From contig CAWGXL010000011.1 in the NCBI GenBank assembly GCA_963826535.1, positions 64,809 through 128,808 of the forward strand: a DNA stretch of 64,000 bases. The letters run 5' to 3'. Under the pieces are notes generated by a model. That model did not search any database, had not been told where the DNA came from, and saw only the letters and a program-made list of their open reading frames with translations. Below are positions 38,429-47,288 of the stretch, in pieces. This DNA is from an uncultured bacterium. Its GTDB lineage: Bacteria > Patescibacteriota > Microgenomatia > Levybacterales > UBA12049. The position numbers were made by a program, and so were the translations under genes. Each line of letters starts with the position of its first letter. The stretch's first letter is position 1.

Positions 38429-38983
38429 ATGAAATATATTATTGCGCTTGTCGGAATGCCAGGATCCGGAAAAAGCGAAGCGGCGGCTTACCTGCAAAAG
38501 AAAGATATACCATTTATAAGGTTCGGAGACTTAACAGATGCAACTATTAAGGAGATGGGCCTGCCGCTTACTCCCGAAAACGAACAGATTGCAAGAGAAA
38601 AATTAAGAAAAGAATTTGGCATGGATATATATGCCATAAAAGCAAATCCTAAAATACAACCTTTATTAGAAATCCATCCGGTTATAGGGTTAGATGGGTT
38701 ATATTCCTGGGAGGAATATGTTTATTTAATTAAGCGTTTTCCACAACTGATAATTCTACATATTTTTGCGCAACCTAAGATACGATATGAACGCCTGTCA
38801 AAAAGAACTATCAGACCGCTTACCCTCGACCAAGCCCGAGCAAGAGATATTGCTGAAATTAATAAATTACACAAAGCCGGGCCAATTGCAATTGCCGATT
38901 ATATGATTGAAAATAATAGCGAGGACCTTAATATATTATACGGTAAGCTTGATAACCTACTCGCCCGTTTAGAAATAAAATAA
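38429..38983 (+). CDS. UPF0200/AAA_17-like P-loop nucleotide kinase
   Basis: IALVGMPGSGKSEAAAYL P-loop. Overall similarity in layout to archaeal-type adenylate/dephospho-CoA kinase-like UPF0200 proteins. Confidence 0.45.
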   Translation: MKYIIALVGMPGSGKSEAAAYLQKKDIPFIRFGDLTDATIKEMGLPLTPENEQIAREKLRKEFGMDIYAIKANPKIQPLLEIHPVIGLDGLYSWEEYVYLIKRFPQLIILHIFAQPKIRYERLSKRTIRPLTLDQARARDIAEINKLHKAGPIAIADYMIENNSEDLNILYGKLDNLLARLEIK

Positions 38984-39005
38984 CTTTAAGATATGCAAAA
39001 TAATT

Positions 39006-39116
39006 TGTCATTCCCCTGGACAGGGGAATCCAGAAGATATAAATAACTCTTCCTTATAAAGGTTAAATAGAAAAACTTATTTTTACCTACTGGATTCCCG
39101 CGTTCGCGGGAATGAC
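39006..39116. repeat. MITE-like palindromic element with termini tgtcattccc / gggaatgac and internal hairpins
   Basis: Terminal inverted repeats at 39006-39015 and 39108-39116. Internal hairpins attcccctg-gac-aggggaat and attcccgcg-ttc-gcgggaat. Intergenic between the kinase gene and map. Confidence 0.55.
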
Positions 39117-39135
39117 GTTGGTCTGCTTTAGACGA

Positions 39136-39930
39136 GTAAATCTTATGATTCATATTAAGTCAGCGGAGGAAATTAAAATAATGATAGCCGGAGGACGTAT
39201 CTTAAGTGATGTTCTTTTTGAGGTTTTGGATGCAGTACGTCCTGGCATCAAGGAAATAGAAATAGACCGGCTGGCTGAAAAATTGATCCGCGAAAAAGGT
39301 GGAGAACCGGGCTTTATGCGCGTCAAGGGTTACCGTCATACGACCTGCATGTCCACCAATGATATTATCGTTCATGGTATTCCGGGTAATTATATATTTA
39401 AAGAAGGTGATGTGGTGGGAATTGACTGTGGCGTCTACTATCAGGGTTTCCATTCGGATATGTCTGAAAGTATAAGTATCAAAAACGGTAAACCTCATTA
39501 TTATACAGGCCGAGAAACAGGTGGTACGGAGATTGATAAATTTCTAACAATTGGTAAAAAAGCATTAAACGAAGCGATCAAGGTCGCCATCCCCGGAAAT
39601 CGCGTAGGGGCAATCTCAAAGACTATCCAAGATATTGTTGAAATAAAAGCAGGATACTCAATCGTAAGAAGTTTAATTGGCCATGGAGTAGGACGAGAAT
39701 TACACGAAGAACCTGAAGTACCCGGCTACCTATTAGGGGATATCAAACATACTCCACCTCTTCAAGAAGGGATGACGATCGCTGTCGAAATTATTTATAA
39801 TATGGGCACACCGGAAGTTGTAATTGACAAAGATGGCTGGACAATTCGTACCAAAGATGGCAAATTGGCAGGTCTCTTTGAAAGATCTATCGCGATAACT
39901 AAAAATAGCCCGCTAATTTTGACAAAATAA
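39136..39930 (+). CDS. map: Methionine aminopeptidase type I
   Basis: MIHIKSAEEIKIM...metal ligands in GIDCG, HGVGRELHEEP and EI(I)YN blocks. Confidence 0.85.
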   Translation, partial: VNLMIHIKSAEEIKIMIAGGRILSDVLFEVLDAVRPGIKEIEIDRLAEKLIREKGGEPGFMRVKGYRHTTCMSTNDIIVHGIPGNYIFKEGDVVGIDCGVYYQGFHSDMSESISIKNGKPHYYTGRETGGTEIDKFLTIGKKALNEAIKVAIPGNRVGAISKTIQDIVEIKAGYSIVRSLIGHGVGRELHEEPEVPGYLLGDIKHTPPLQEGMTIAVEIIYNMGTPEVVIDKDGWTIRTKDGKLAGLFERSIAITKNSPLILTK

Positions 39931-39985
39931 ACTACATCTAAATATTTCGGTTGCCCTATGGAGCGTAGTTTGATATAATGTTTGG

Positions 39986-40207
39986 ATGGCTCACCAAGGC
40001 TCATTCGAAAAAGATGGGGTTGTAAAGGAGGCTTTGCCAAATACATTATTTCGGGTTGAGCTTGAAGATGGGACAATTGTTCTTTGTCATCTATCAGGCA
40101 AAATGAGAATGAATTTTATAAAAATTTTACCGGGAGACAAGGTGCGGATTGAAATGACACCATACGACCCGAATAGAGGCAGGATAATACTGCGCTACAA
40201 TAGGTAG
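39986..40207 (+). CDS. infA: Translation initiation factor IF-1
   Basis: S1-like [31 protein letters not shown]...RIILRY. Confidence 0.85.
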   Translation: MAHQGSFEKDGVVKEALPNTLFRVELEDGTIVLCHLSGKMRMNFIKILPGDKVRIEMTPYDPNRGRIILRYNR

Positions 40208-40222
40208 ATAGGAAATAAACTT

Positions 40223-40396
40223 ATGAAAGTACAAGCAAGTGTAAAAAAAAGGTGCATGAAATGTAAGATAATCAGACGCAAAGGGGTTGTACGCGTCACG
40301 TGTGAGAATCCCAGACACAAACAGAGACAAGGGTGAAGAAAGTTTAAAGTGCAAAGTGCAAAATTCAAAGTTACATAAGGAAATTTTTTATAATTA
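40223..40396 (+). CDS. rpmJ: 50S ribosomal protein L36 with atypical extended C-terminus (possible 1-nt indel)
   Basis: [32 protein letters not shown] matches L36. The canonical ...HKQRQG* ending is replaced by ...[26 protein letters not shown]. An extra A in cacaacag would restore HKQRQG-stop. Confidence 0.6.
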
Positions 40397-40442
40397 ATCC
40401 CTTAACTTTAAACTTTGCGATTTGAGAATTTAGTTTTTATTT

Positions 40443-40856
40443 ATGAGAATTGCAGGAGTTAATATACCGGACGAAAAAAGAATTGAAATTTCGCTAGCTT
40501 ACATTTACGGTATTGGACGAAGTAATGCCAAGGGCGTGTTAGAAAAGTCCAAAATTGATGGCGGAAAACCCACAAAGACATTGACAGAAGAAGAAATAAA
40601 ACGGCTCACAGGGGTGTTGGACAAATATAAAATCGAGGGAGATTTGAGAACTGAAATAGCAGGTAATATTCGCAGATTAAAAGAAACTGGTGCATACCGC
40701 GGAATAAGGCATACGCGTAATCTTCCTTCCCGCGGCCAAAGGACACGTTCCAATGCGCGTACCAAAAGAGGCAAGAGAGTGACTATTGGCGCAATCAAGA
40801 AAGAGATAATGGCAAAGACCACGGCAGCACAAGGCGCAAAGCAGCCGGGAAAGTAA
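40443..40856 (+). CDS. rpsM: 30S ribosomal protein S13
   Basis: MRIAGVNIPDEKRIEISLAYIYGIG S13 start. Confidence 0.9.
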   Translation: MRIAGVNIPDEKRIEISLAYIYGIGRSNAKGVLEKSKIDGGKPTKTLTEEEIKRLTGVLDKYKIEGDLRTEIAGNIRRLKETGAYRGIRHTRNLPSRGQRTRSNARTKRGKRVTIGAIKKEIMAKTTAAQGAKQPGK

Positions 40857-40859
40857 CAT

Positions 40860-41273
40860 ATGGCAGAAAAAGAGACAAAGAAAACTACTAAAACCAGGCA
40901 CAAGCCGAAAGCAGTGAAGAACCGTTACACACAGCATGGAAGAATCTATATTACTTCAACTTTTAATAATACCTTAATCACTGTCACAAATGACAAAGGC
41001 GATACACTAGGCTGGAGTTCATCAGGTCATCGTGGTTTTAAAGGCACTCGTAAATCAACACCCTATGCAGCGTCCCTGAGTGTTGAAGATGTTACCAAAA
41101 GACTCATTGAAAAAGGACTTAAGACTGTGGATGTCTATGTCAAAGGCCCGGGTAGTGGTCGGGATTCATCACTTCGGGCAATTAAAACATCAGGATTATC
41201 AATTGTATCTATTGCGGACATTACGCCAATACCACACAATGGACCAAGGGCGAAAAAGAAGAGTAGAGTGTAA
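40860..41273 (+). CDS. rpsK: 30S ribosomal protein S11
   Basis: GRIYITSTFNNTLITVTNDKGDTLGWSSSG S11 motif. Confidence 0.9.
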   Translation: MAEKETKKTTKTRHKPKAVKNRYTQHGRIYITSTFNNTLITVTNDKGDTLGWSSSGHRGFKGTRKSTPYAASLSVEDVTKRLIEKGLKTVDVYVKGPGSGRDSSLRAIKTSGLSIVSIADITPIPHNGPRAKKKSRV

Positions 41274-41278
41274 AAATG

Positions 41279-41346
41279 TAGCTGTCAGCTATTGGCTATC
41301 AGCTTTTAGATGTCTGATAGCAGAAAGCTTACAACAGAGAGCTAAA
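41279..41346 (+). repeat. Structured intergenic repeat in the r-protein cluster, copy 3 (before rpsD)
   Basis: Sequence tagctgtcagctattggctatcagcttttagatgtctgatagcagaaa has the same palindrome tagctg-t-cagcta and hairpin gctatcag...ctgatagc. Confidence 0.55.
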
Positions 41347-41348
41347 TT

Positions 41349-41951
41349 ATGGCAAGATATAGAGGACCAAAACATAAACTAGCAAGGCGCGCCGGAGTAA
41401 ATTTGTTAGAAAAGACATCGGCAAGCTTGATGCGCAGGCTCAATACGCCACCGGGTCTGCATGGCAAAAAAAGGAAAAGGAGACTTTCCGAATTCGGACA
41501 ACAATTAAAGGAAAAACAGAAAGCAAAGTCCGTGTATGGATTGCTAGAAAAGCAATTTAAGAAATTGCTCCAACACGTATCCAAACAAAAAGGAGATACA
41601 GAGGAACTACTCTTATCGCTTCTTGAACGAAGACTTGATAATATTGTGTATAGACTTGGTTTTGCCAAATCCAGATTTATGGCCCGCCAGTTAGTAACTC
41701 ATGGGCACATCATACTAAATAACAAAAAAATGACGATCCCCTCTTATGAATTGAAAGCAGGTGATGTAGTGTCGCTAGGTGCCAAAATGCAAAAAAATGC
41801 GCTGGTTATTAAAACAATAGATGAAATGAAAGATACGATCGCGTTTCTTGAAAGACAAGGGGGAGCGGGTAAATTAGTCAGGATGCCAACACCTGACGAT
41901 ATTAAGCCTCCTTTTAATACAAGACAAATTATTGAATATTATTCCAGATAA
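41349..41951 (+). CDS. rpsD: 30S ribosomal protein S4
   Basis: MARYRGPKHKLARR start and S4-domain RLDNIVYRLGFAKSR. Confidence 0.9.
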   Translation: MARYRGPKHKLARRAGVNLLEKTSASLMRRLNTPPGLHGKKRKRRLSEFGQQLKEKQKAKSVYGLLEKQFKKLLQHVSKQKGDTEELLLSLLERRLDNIVYRLGFAKSRFMARQLVTHGHIILNNKKMTIPSYELKAGDVVSLGAKMQKNALVIKTIDEMKDTIAFLERQGGAGKLVRMPTPDDIKPPFNTRQIIEYYSR

Positions 41952-41972
41952 TGATACAATCATACACATAAT

Positions 41973-42905
41973 ATGGATGACTTTAATTTTAAAGTAAAAG
42001 AAGTAACTATTTCTCCTGATTACGGAGAGTTTGCTATTGAACCATTGGAGCCGGGTTACGGACATACAATGGGAAATGCGCTTCGCCGCGTCTTATACAC
42101 TTCTATTCCGGGTGCGGCAATAACAACGGTTCGCATTAACGGTGTAAAACATAAATTTTCAACCCACAAAGGCCTTAAGGAAAATATTGTTGACTTGCTA
42201 CTTAATCTGAAAGAGGTGACTTTTCGTCTTAGTGAAAACAAACCAAGCGCGACAATCAAGCTTTCTGTCAAAGAGTCAAAGAAAATTACCGCAAATGATC
42301 TGGAAGTAACCGATGGTGTTGAAGTAATTAATAAAGATCAATATATTGGCTCCTTATCCGGAAATAACGTAAAGCTGGATGTAGAAATGACTATTGAAAA
42401 AGGTTTCGGCTATTCTCTGGCAGAAGAAAGAAAAGCGGATGCTTTAGGTGTTATTACAACCGACTCGGTCTTCTCGCCTGTTAAACGTGTTAATTACAAT
42501 GTAGTTGCTACCCGGGTCGGAAGACAAACTAATCTTGACAAGCTTATACTCAAGATTTGGACCAATGGAACAATTGCTCCTGGCGAAGCGCTCAATCAAG
42601 CTTCCAAAATTTTAGCTTCCTACTTCCTGCAGATTTACGAACCAAAAGGTGAGGAGGGAACAGTTGTTGAAAATAAAACTCAGACTCTCAAATTTCCAGA
42701 AGGAGTACTTAAAATGACTATAGATGAACTTGACCTTCCGACCCGTATTTATAATAGTCTGCGCAATGGTGGAATAGAGACTATAGAACAGTTAATTAAC
42801 ACTCCCCGAAAAGATCTAATTTCTATGCGCAATATGGGCGGTAAATCAATCTCCACTATTAAAGAGAAACTTGTGGAAAGAGGCATCGACTTGGCAAACG
42901 CATAA
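41973..42905 (+). CDS. rpoA: DNA-directed RNA polymerase alpha subunit
   Basis: NTD GYGHTMGNALRRVL and CTD LDLPTRIYNSLRNGGIETIEQL motifs. Confidence 0.9.
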   Translation: MDDFNFKVKEVTISPDYGEFAIEPLEPGYGHTMGNALRRVLYTSIPGAAITTVRINGVKHKFSTHKGLKENIVDLLLNLKEVTFRLSENKPSATIKLSVKESKKITANDLEVTDGVEVINKDQYIGSLSGNNVKLDVEMTIEKGFGYSLAEERKADALGVITTDSVFSPVKRVNYNVVATRVGRQTNLDKLILKIWTNGTIAPGEALNQASKILASYFLQIYEPKGEEGTVVENKTQTLKFPEGVLKMTIDELDLPTRIYNSLRNGGIETIEQLINTPRKDLISMRNMGGKSISTIKEKLVERGIDLANA

Positions 42906-42919
42906 TCCCCCCTTAATTT

Positions 42920-43360
42920 ATGAGAAAAAATGTTTTTGGAAGACAACTGAAAAGAGATTCAAATGAGCGAAAAGCGCTTTTTAAAAACTTGCTAAGCTCA
43001 TTAGTGCTGCATGAAAGTATTACAACATCACATGCCAAAGCAAAAGCGATCAAGCCTAGTGCCGACAAACTCATTACCTATACAAAAAAAGGTGGCCTTC
43101 ACGCCTATCGAATGCTTGAACCGGAATTATCAACTGAGGCGGTCAAAAAGCTATTAAATACAATTGCGCCAAGATTTACAAACCGACATGGAGGTTATAC
43201 GAGAATTATCAAAGTAGGGAATAGACTCAAAGATAATTCCAGTGAGGTTATTCTTGAATGGACAGAAAAAGGCATAAATCCAAAGACGGCAAACCTAGAA
43301 TCAGCAAGTGAGAATCCCCAAAAAACCGCTAAGAAAGAAACGAAGGTAAAGAAAAAATGA
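42920..43360 (+). CDS. rplQ: 50S ribosomal protein L17
   Basis: GRQLKRDSNERKALFKNLLSSLVLHESITTS L17 pattern. Confidence 0.85.
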   Translation: MRKNVFGRQLKRDSNERKALFKNLLSSLVLHESITTSHAKAKAIKPSADKLITYTKKGGLHAYRMLEPELSTEAVKKLLNTIAPRFTNRHGGYTRIIKVGNRLKDNSSEVILEWTEKGINPKTANLESASENPQKTAKKETKVKKK

Positions 43361-43794
43361 ACAGAGTAGCAACACAACCAACAAAAGCAAATCAAATAAA
43401 AAGAGAATGGCATTTAGTTGATGTCAAAAATGAAACGCTTGGTAGAATTTCGACCAAGATTGCACTAATGCTTATGGGCAAAAGCAAGCCCTACTTTGTC
43501 CGCAATCTTGACTGCGGTGATTATGTCGTTGTCCTCAATTCCAAAGCTGTCCGGCTCACCGGCAAAAAAGAAGAAAATAAGGCATATAAGCGTCACTCCG
43601 GCTATCCCGGTGGTTTCAGATCTGAGACAGTGCGTGAATTACGTGACCGCAGGCCTGAAGATATAATTAAAAAAAGCGTAAAAGGGATGTTGCCGGATAA
43701 TCGTCTCAAAGACAAAATGTTAGCCAGATTATTTGTTTTTCCCGGAGAAGAACACACTTATAAAGATAAATTAAAAATTCAAAGCACCAAATAA
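43357..43794 (+). CDS. rplM: 50S ribosomal protein L13
   Basis: REWHLVDVKNETLGRISTKIALMLMGK L13 start. 4-nt overlap with rplQ. Confidence 0.9.
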   Translation: MNRVATQPTKANQIKREWHLVDVKNETLGRISTKIALMLMGKSKPYFVRNLDCGDYVVVLNSKAVRLTGKKEENKAYKRHSGYPGGFRSETVRELRDRRPEDIIKKSVKGMLPDNRLKDKMLARLFVFPGEEHTYKDKLKIQSTK

Positions 43795-43898
43795 CAAATA
43801 ATATCAAAATTCAAATAATTAAATCCAAAACATGTTTTGATATTTGAATTTAAATATTTGTATTTATTTGGAATTTGTAATTTATATAATACAACTAT

Positions 43899-44381
43899 AT
43901 GGTAGATACAGAACAAAAGACAACGAGTACAAAGAAACCTCTTAAGAGGGAGTTTGTCTCTGCAACCGGCAAACGCAAAGAAGCGGTCGCTCGTGTGCGG
44001 TTATATCAATTTGTCAAAGAAAGCCTTACATGGGCAAACGTACCTGTTAAAAAGGGTGAAATGTTAGTAAATCAAAAACCGATTGCAGAATATTTTCCAA
44101 GCACAGCTGAACAGCATCGGTATACAGAACCACTGCGTATTACTAACGCACATCAAAATAATTACGCCTTTACGATCAAAGTCGTAGGCGGCGGGCATGC
44201 AGGACAACTTGATGCGGTAATTGCGGGGATTTCTAATGTGCTACAAAAACTTGATCCTGAAAAATACCGCCCGATTTTAAAGAAAAAAGGGTTTCTTACC
44301 CGCGACGCGCGGATCAGACAGCGCCGAAACATAGGCACCGGGGGTAAGGCACGGCGTCAGAAACAGTCTCCAAAACGGTAA
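43899..44381 (+). CDS. rpsI: 30S ribosomal protein S9 with N-terminal extension
   Basis: C-terminal GGGHAGQ...RRNIGTGGKARRQKQSPKR S9 signature. Confidence 0.85.
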   Translation: MVDTEQKTTSTKKPLKREFVSATGKRKEAVARVRLYQFVKESLTWANVPVKKGEMLVNQKPIAEYFPSTAEQHRYTEPLRITNAHQNNYAFTIKVVGGGHAGQLDAVIAGISNVLQKLDPEKYRPILKKKGFLTRDARIRQRRNIGTGGKARRQKQSPKR

Positions 44382-44390
44382 AGAATAGCC

Positions 44391-46205
44391 ATGGCTTCTA
44401 CAAAAGCAATTAAAGCAGGATACTCTGCAAAACTCGACGGCAAGGCTGCTTATATTCGCAATTATCTTTCAGATAGTAGTTTAAATAAAATAAAAGTTTT
44501 GCGAACTCATCAAGGGATTGCTGATTTTTGTTACAAAAATAGCTCCACTTTCAAGAAAGATTTTTTAAGCCGTATTGGAGTAAAAAAATTAAAAACTTAC
44601 CGCAGCCATGTTGATAAAAAGGAACTCGAAGATTTTATAATGCGATTATCCCAGTTCGATGGCGAGTGCGTTTTCCTGCTAAAAGATACTTTTGATTTAC
44701 TCAATTCTTATCAAGAAAAAACAGGTAAGGGTTCCGGCATTTTGGTAAATAGAAACTTTCTTTGCAGAAGAGAAGAGGATTATTTTTCGTTGATTGAGAT
44801 TATCTATAAATCCCTAGCTCAATCAGTTAACATAAATGATTTTTCAGAAAAATATTTTGCTCTATTCCATCAATTACTACAAAAAAACCCACATTTTCTA
44901 GATAAAGCAAAAAAGCTCTTTGAGTACGTATTAGCCCACACGAGCAAGCAAAAGATTATTTTTGTTGACATGGGATTTCAGTTTACCTTCTCACTTTTCT
45001 GTGTTGCAGCAAGCAGGTATTTCGGTAATGGGAAAATATGCACTGATTTTTATAGTTTTTCGACTTATACCTGGTTACAAGAGTTTTTTAAAAATAAATA
45101 TTTTTCCGCAAAGAGTGAGGTTGTTTTAGAATTAGAACTTGAAGCAATTGAGAATTTTCAAAACTCTTTACAGAACAAGGCATCCGGGGCAATGGTTGGA
45201 TTTGCAATTGGCGATGCCCTTGGTTTTCCGGTCGCAGGAATTGATAAAAGAGATATTTTAAAATTCGTTAAAGGAGAAATTGGCTCGTTTTTAGAAAATA
45301 AAAAGCACCCATTTTTTAATAATCTAAAGAAAGGGCAGTACACGGATAATACTAAATTATTGATGATTTCTGCAAAGCATCTAATTAAAAATGGTGATTT
45401 TGTGATTGAAAAATATCAGAATAATTTAGCAAACTGGGGTAAAAAAATTTTGCGCAATCCTCACACTGAAAGGTGGGCAGGGCCTACAGCGATAAAAGCT
45501 GTTAAAAATTTGATCGACGGAAAAAGTTATCTTGATTCCGGCTCAACTACAACCGAATCATGTTCTGCAACGTATCGAGTAATTCCTTTGGGCATTTTCA
45601 ATCATCCTTTTGCAAAGAATGGAATTGATAAGCTAAAAAATTCTGCTGAAATTTCGGCTATGATTACTCATAATTCCGAAATTTCTAAGACAGGAGCAGC
45701 AATAACAGCTTTTATTATTGGAGATTTGATGTGCGGCATAATTCCTGAAAAAGCGGTTAATGCTTCCCTATTGGAAGTTGGCGAGACGGGTAAAAATAAA
45801 CTCTTGATTGAGAAAATACGGCAAGCTGTAGATTTCAGTAAAACTAAAGGGGTTGAATTTGGCAGAAATGAATTCGGAACAGGATCCCCTATTTATCAAA
45901 CACTACCGCTTGCTATTTTCTGTTTTCTTAAATTTCAGAATGATTTTGAAAAAGCAGTTATTGCAGCGGCAAATTCATTTCGGGACGATTCGCTAGAGGA
46001 GAAAAAGCGATTGCAAAAATATTCCTGGGAGGAACAATTGCAGAATGCAAAAGGTGGAAATACAGATGGTATAGCCGGTTTGACGGGCGCTTTTGTTGGC
46101 GCACATCTTGGTGTCAGTAAAATACCAAGAAAATTTTTGGGTATCGAAGACGAAAAAATGCTCGAGACACTTGGCAAGAAACTATTGTACATTAAGATAA
46201 TCTGA
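44391..46205 (+). CDS. Two-part protein: unknown N-terminal about 250 aa plus C-terminal ADP-ribosylglycohydrolase (ARH/DraG-like) domain
   Basis: GFAIGDALGFPVAG and YTDNTKLLMIS match the ARH family GDALG and TDDT metal-site motifs. Starts 10 nt after rpsI. Confidence 0.55.
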   Translation: MASTKAIKAGYSAKLDGKAAYIRNYLSDSSLNKIKVLRTHQGIADFCYKNSSTFKKDFLSRIGVKKLKTYRSHVDKKELEDFIMRLSQFDGECVFLLKDTFDLLNSYQEKTGKGSGILVNRNFLCRREEDYFSLIEIIYKSLAQSVNINDFSEKYFALFHQLLQKNPHFLDKAKKLFEYVLAHTSKQKIIFVDMGFQFTFSLFCVAASRYFGNGKICTDFYSFSTYTWLQEFFKNKYFSAKSEVVLELELEAIENFQNSLQNKASGAMVGFAIGDALGFPVAGIDKRDILKFVKGEIGSFLENKKHPFFNNLKKGQYTDNTKLLMISAKHLIKNGDFVIEKYQNNLANWGKKILRNPHTERWAGPTAIKAVKNLIDGKSYLDSGSTTTESCSATYRVIPLGIFNHPFAKNGIDKLKNSAEISAMITHNSEISKTGAAITAFIIGDLMCGIIPEKAVNASLLEVGETGKNKLLIEKIRQAVDFSKTKGVEFGRNEFGTGSPIYQTLPLAIFCFLKFQNDFEKAVIAAANSFRDDSLEEKKRLQKYSWEEQLQNAKGGNTDGIAGLTGAFVGAHLGVSKIPRKFLGIEDEKMLETLGKKLLYIKII

Positions 46206-46228
46206 AAAGGCCCTATTATGCATCAATT

Positions 46229-46341
46229 GTCATTTCGAGCGACCAAAGGGAGTCGAGAAATCTCATCGTACATGCAAAATCAAATTCTGTCTTTTCGGTC
46301 TAATCAGTGGTATGAGATCCCTCCACTACGGTCGGGATGAC
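46229..46341. repeat. MITE-like palindromic element, full copy (tgtcatttcgagcgacc ... ggtcgggatgaca)
   Basis: Imperfect terminal inverted repeats. Reverse-complement match to 32342-32453. Confidence 0.55.
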
Positions 46342-46350
46342 AAAAGGAGA

Positions 46351-47256
46351 CTATTCCACCCACCCTAATTCTATTTTGATCTCTTTTACAGACTTTTCAT
46401 ATTGGTCTTTGGTCAACTGATTGTTTAAGATACAATATTTTTTATTTTTTAATCCCACACAACCGAAGCAGTCGGAGCAATTTTTAAGATACGCGCCATA
46501 GTGGCAATTTGTACAACTAAAAGAAAAACTTAGAAAGACACAATTATAGCAACAGTCTGTCCATACATGTTCATAGCATTGCTCTGAAATTTTTTTTGAT
46601 TCTGTGTCCCCTCCGGCAAAATACATATCCCAACAGTTTTTCATCATGCCAGCTTGATAACTATAACCGGAGTTTTCAGCGTAATAAACCGCAAAGCACC
46701 AATAACAATTTTTTGAATCATAGATATAATTTCCATATATACAATTCTCGCTATTGAACTGCTGGTTTGCCGGATGCGGTATCTTTTCTTTTAATTCAAG
46801 CAGTTGAGCAAGGATCTTTTCCGGTTTTTCTTTCTTTAATTCTTCTAACTTTTTCAGATATTCCTCTTTCGTATATTGTTTGTTGAAAATACAATATTTT
46901 TTATGAGTAAGACCAACGCAACCGAAGCAGTCAGTACAAGAGTTTAAAAAGGCAGAGTAATGGCAATCTGTACAATTATTACATTCGATAAGGTATGTGC
47001 AACTATGAGATTTTGTACATTCAATACTTTGAAAACACTTCTCCGATTCAAAAACGGACGTACAATCTACGAGGCTCGTACCCATACTACGATTCGCATA
47101 AATACTGTCATAAAGTCTGTATGAATCAAAGCAGTAATAACTGTTCTTACTAATATCGACCATATCTACATATTCACAAGCAACATTATCTCTAATCATT
47201 ACAGCCGGCACGGGAACAGATTTTTTTAGGAGCGCATATTTTTCAAGGAAGGTCAT
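46351..47256 (-). CDS. Cysteine-rich MTFLEKY-family protein (array position A)
   Basis: 301 aa. Family N- and C-termini. 3' end and upstream region are nucleotide-identical to paralogs. Confidence 0.7.
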   Translation of the reverse strand: MTFLEKYALLKKSVPVPAVMIRDNVACEYVDMVDISKNSYYCFDSYRLYDSIYANRSMGTSLVDCTSVFESEKCFQSIECTKSHSCTYLIECNNCTDCHYSAFLNSCTDCFGCVGLTHKKYCIFNKQYTKEEYLKKLEELKKEKPEKILAQLLELKEKIPHPANQQFNSENCIYGNYIYDSKNCYWCFAVYYAENSGYSYQAGMMKNCWDMYFAGGDTESKKISEQCYEHVWTDCCYNCVFLSFSFSCTNCHYGAYLKNCSDCFGCVGLKNKKYCILNNQLTKDQYEKSVKEIKIELGWVE

Positions 47257-47288
47257 TGATCGATATTATAGCAGTAATTTATTGTTGA

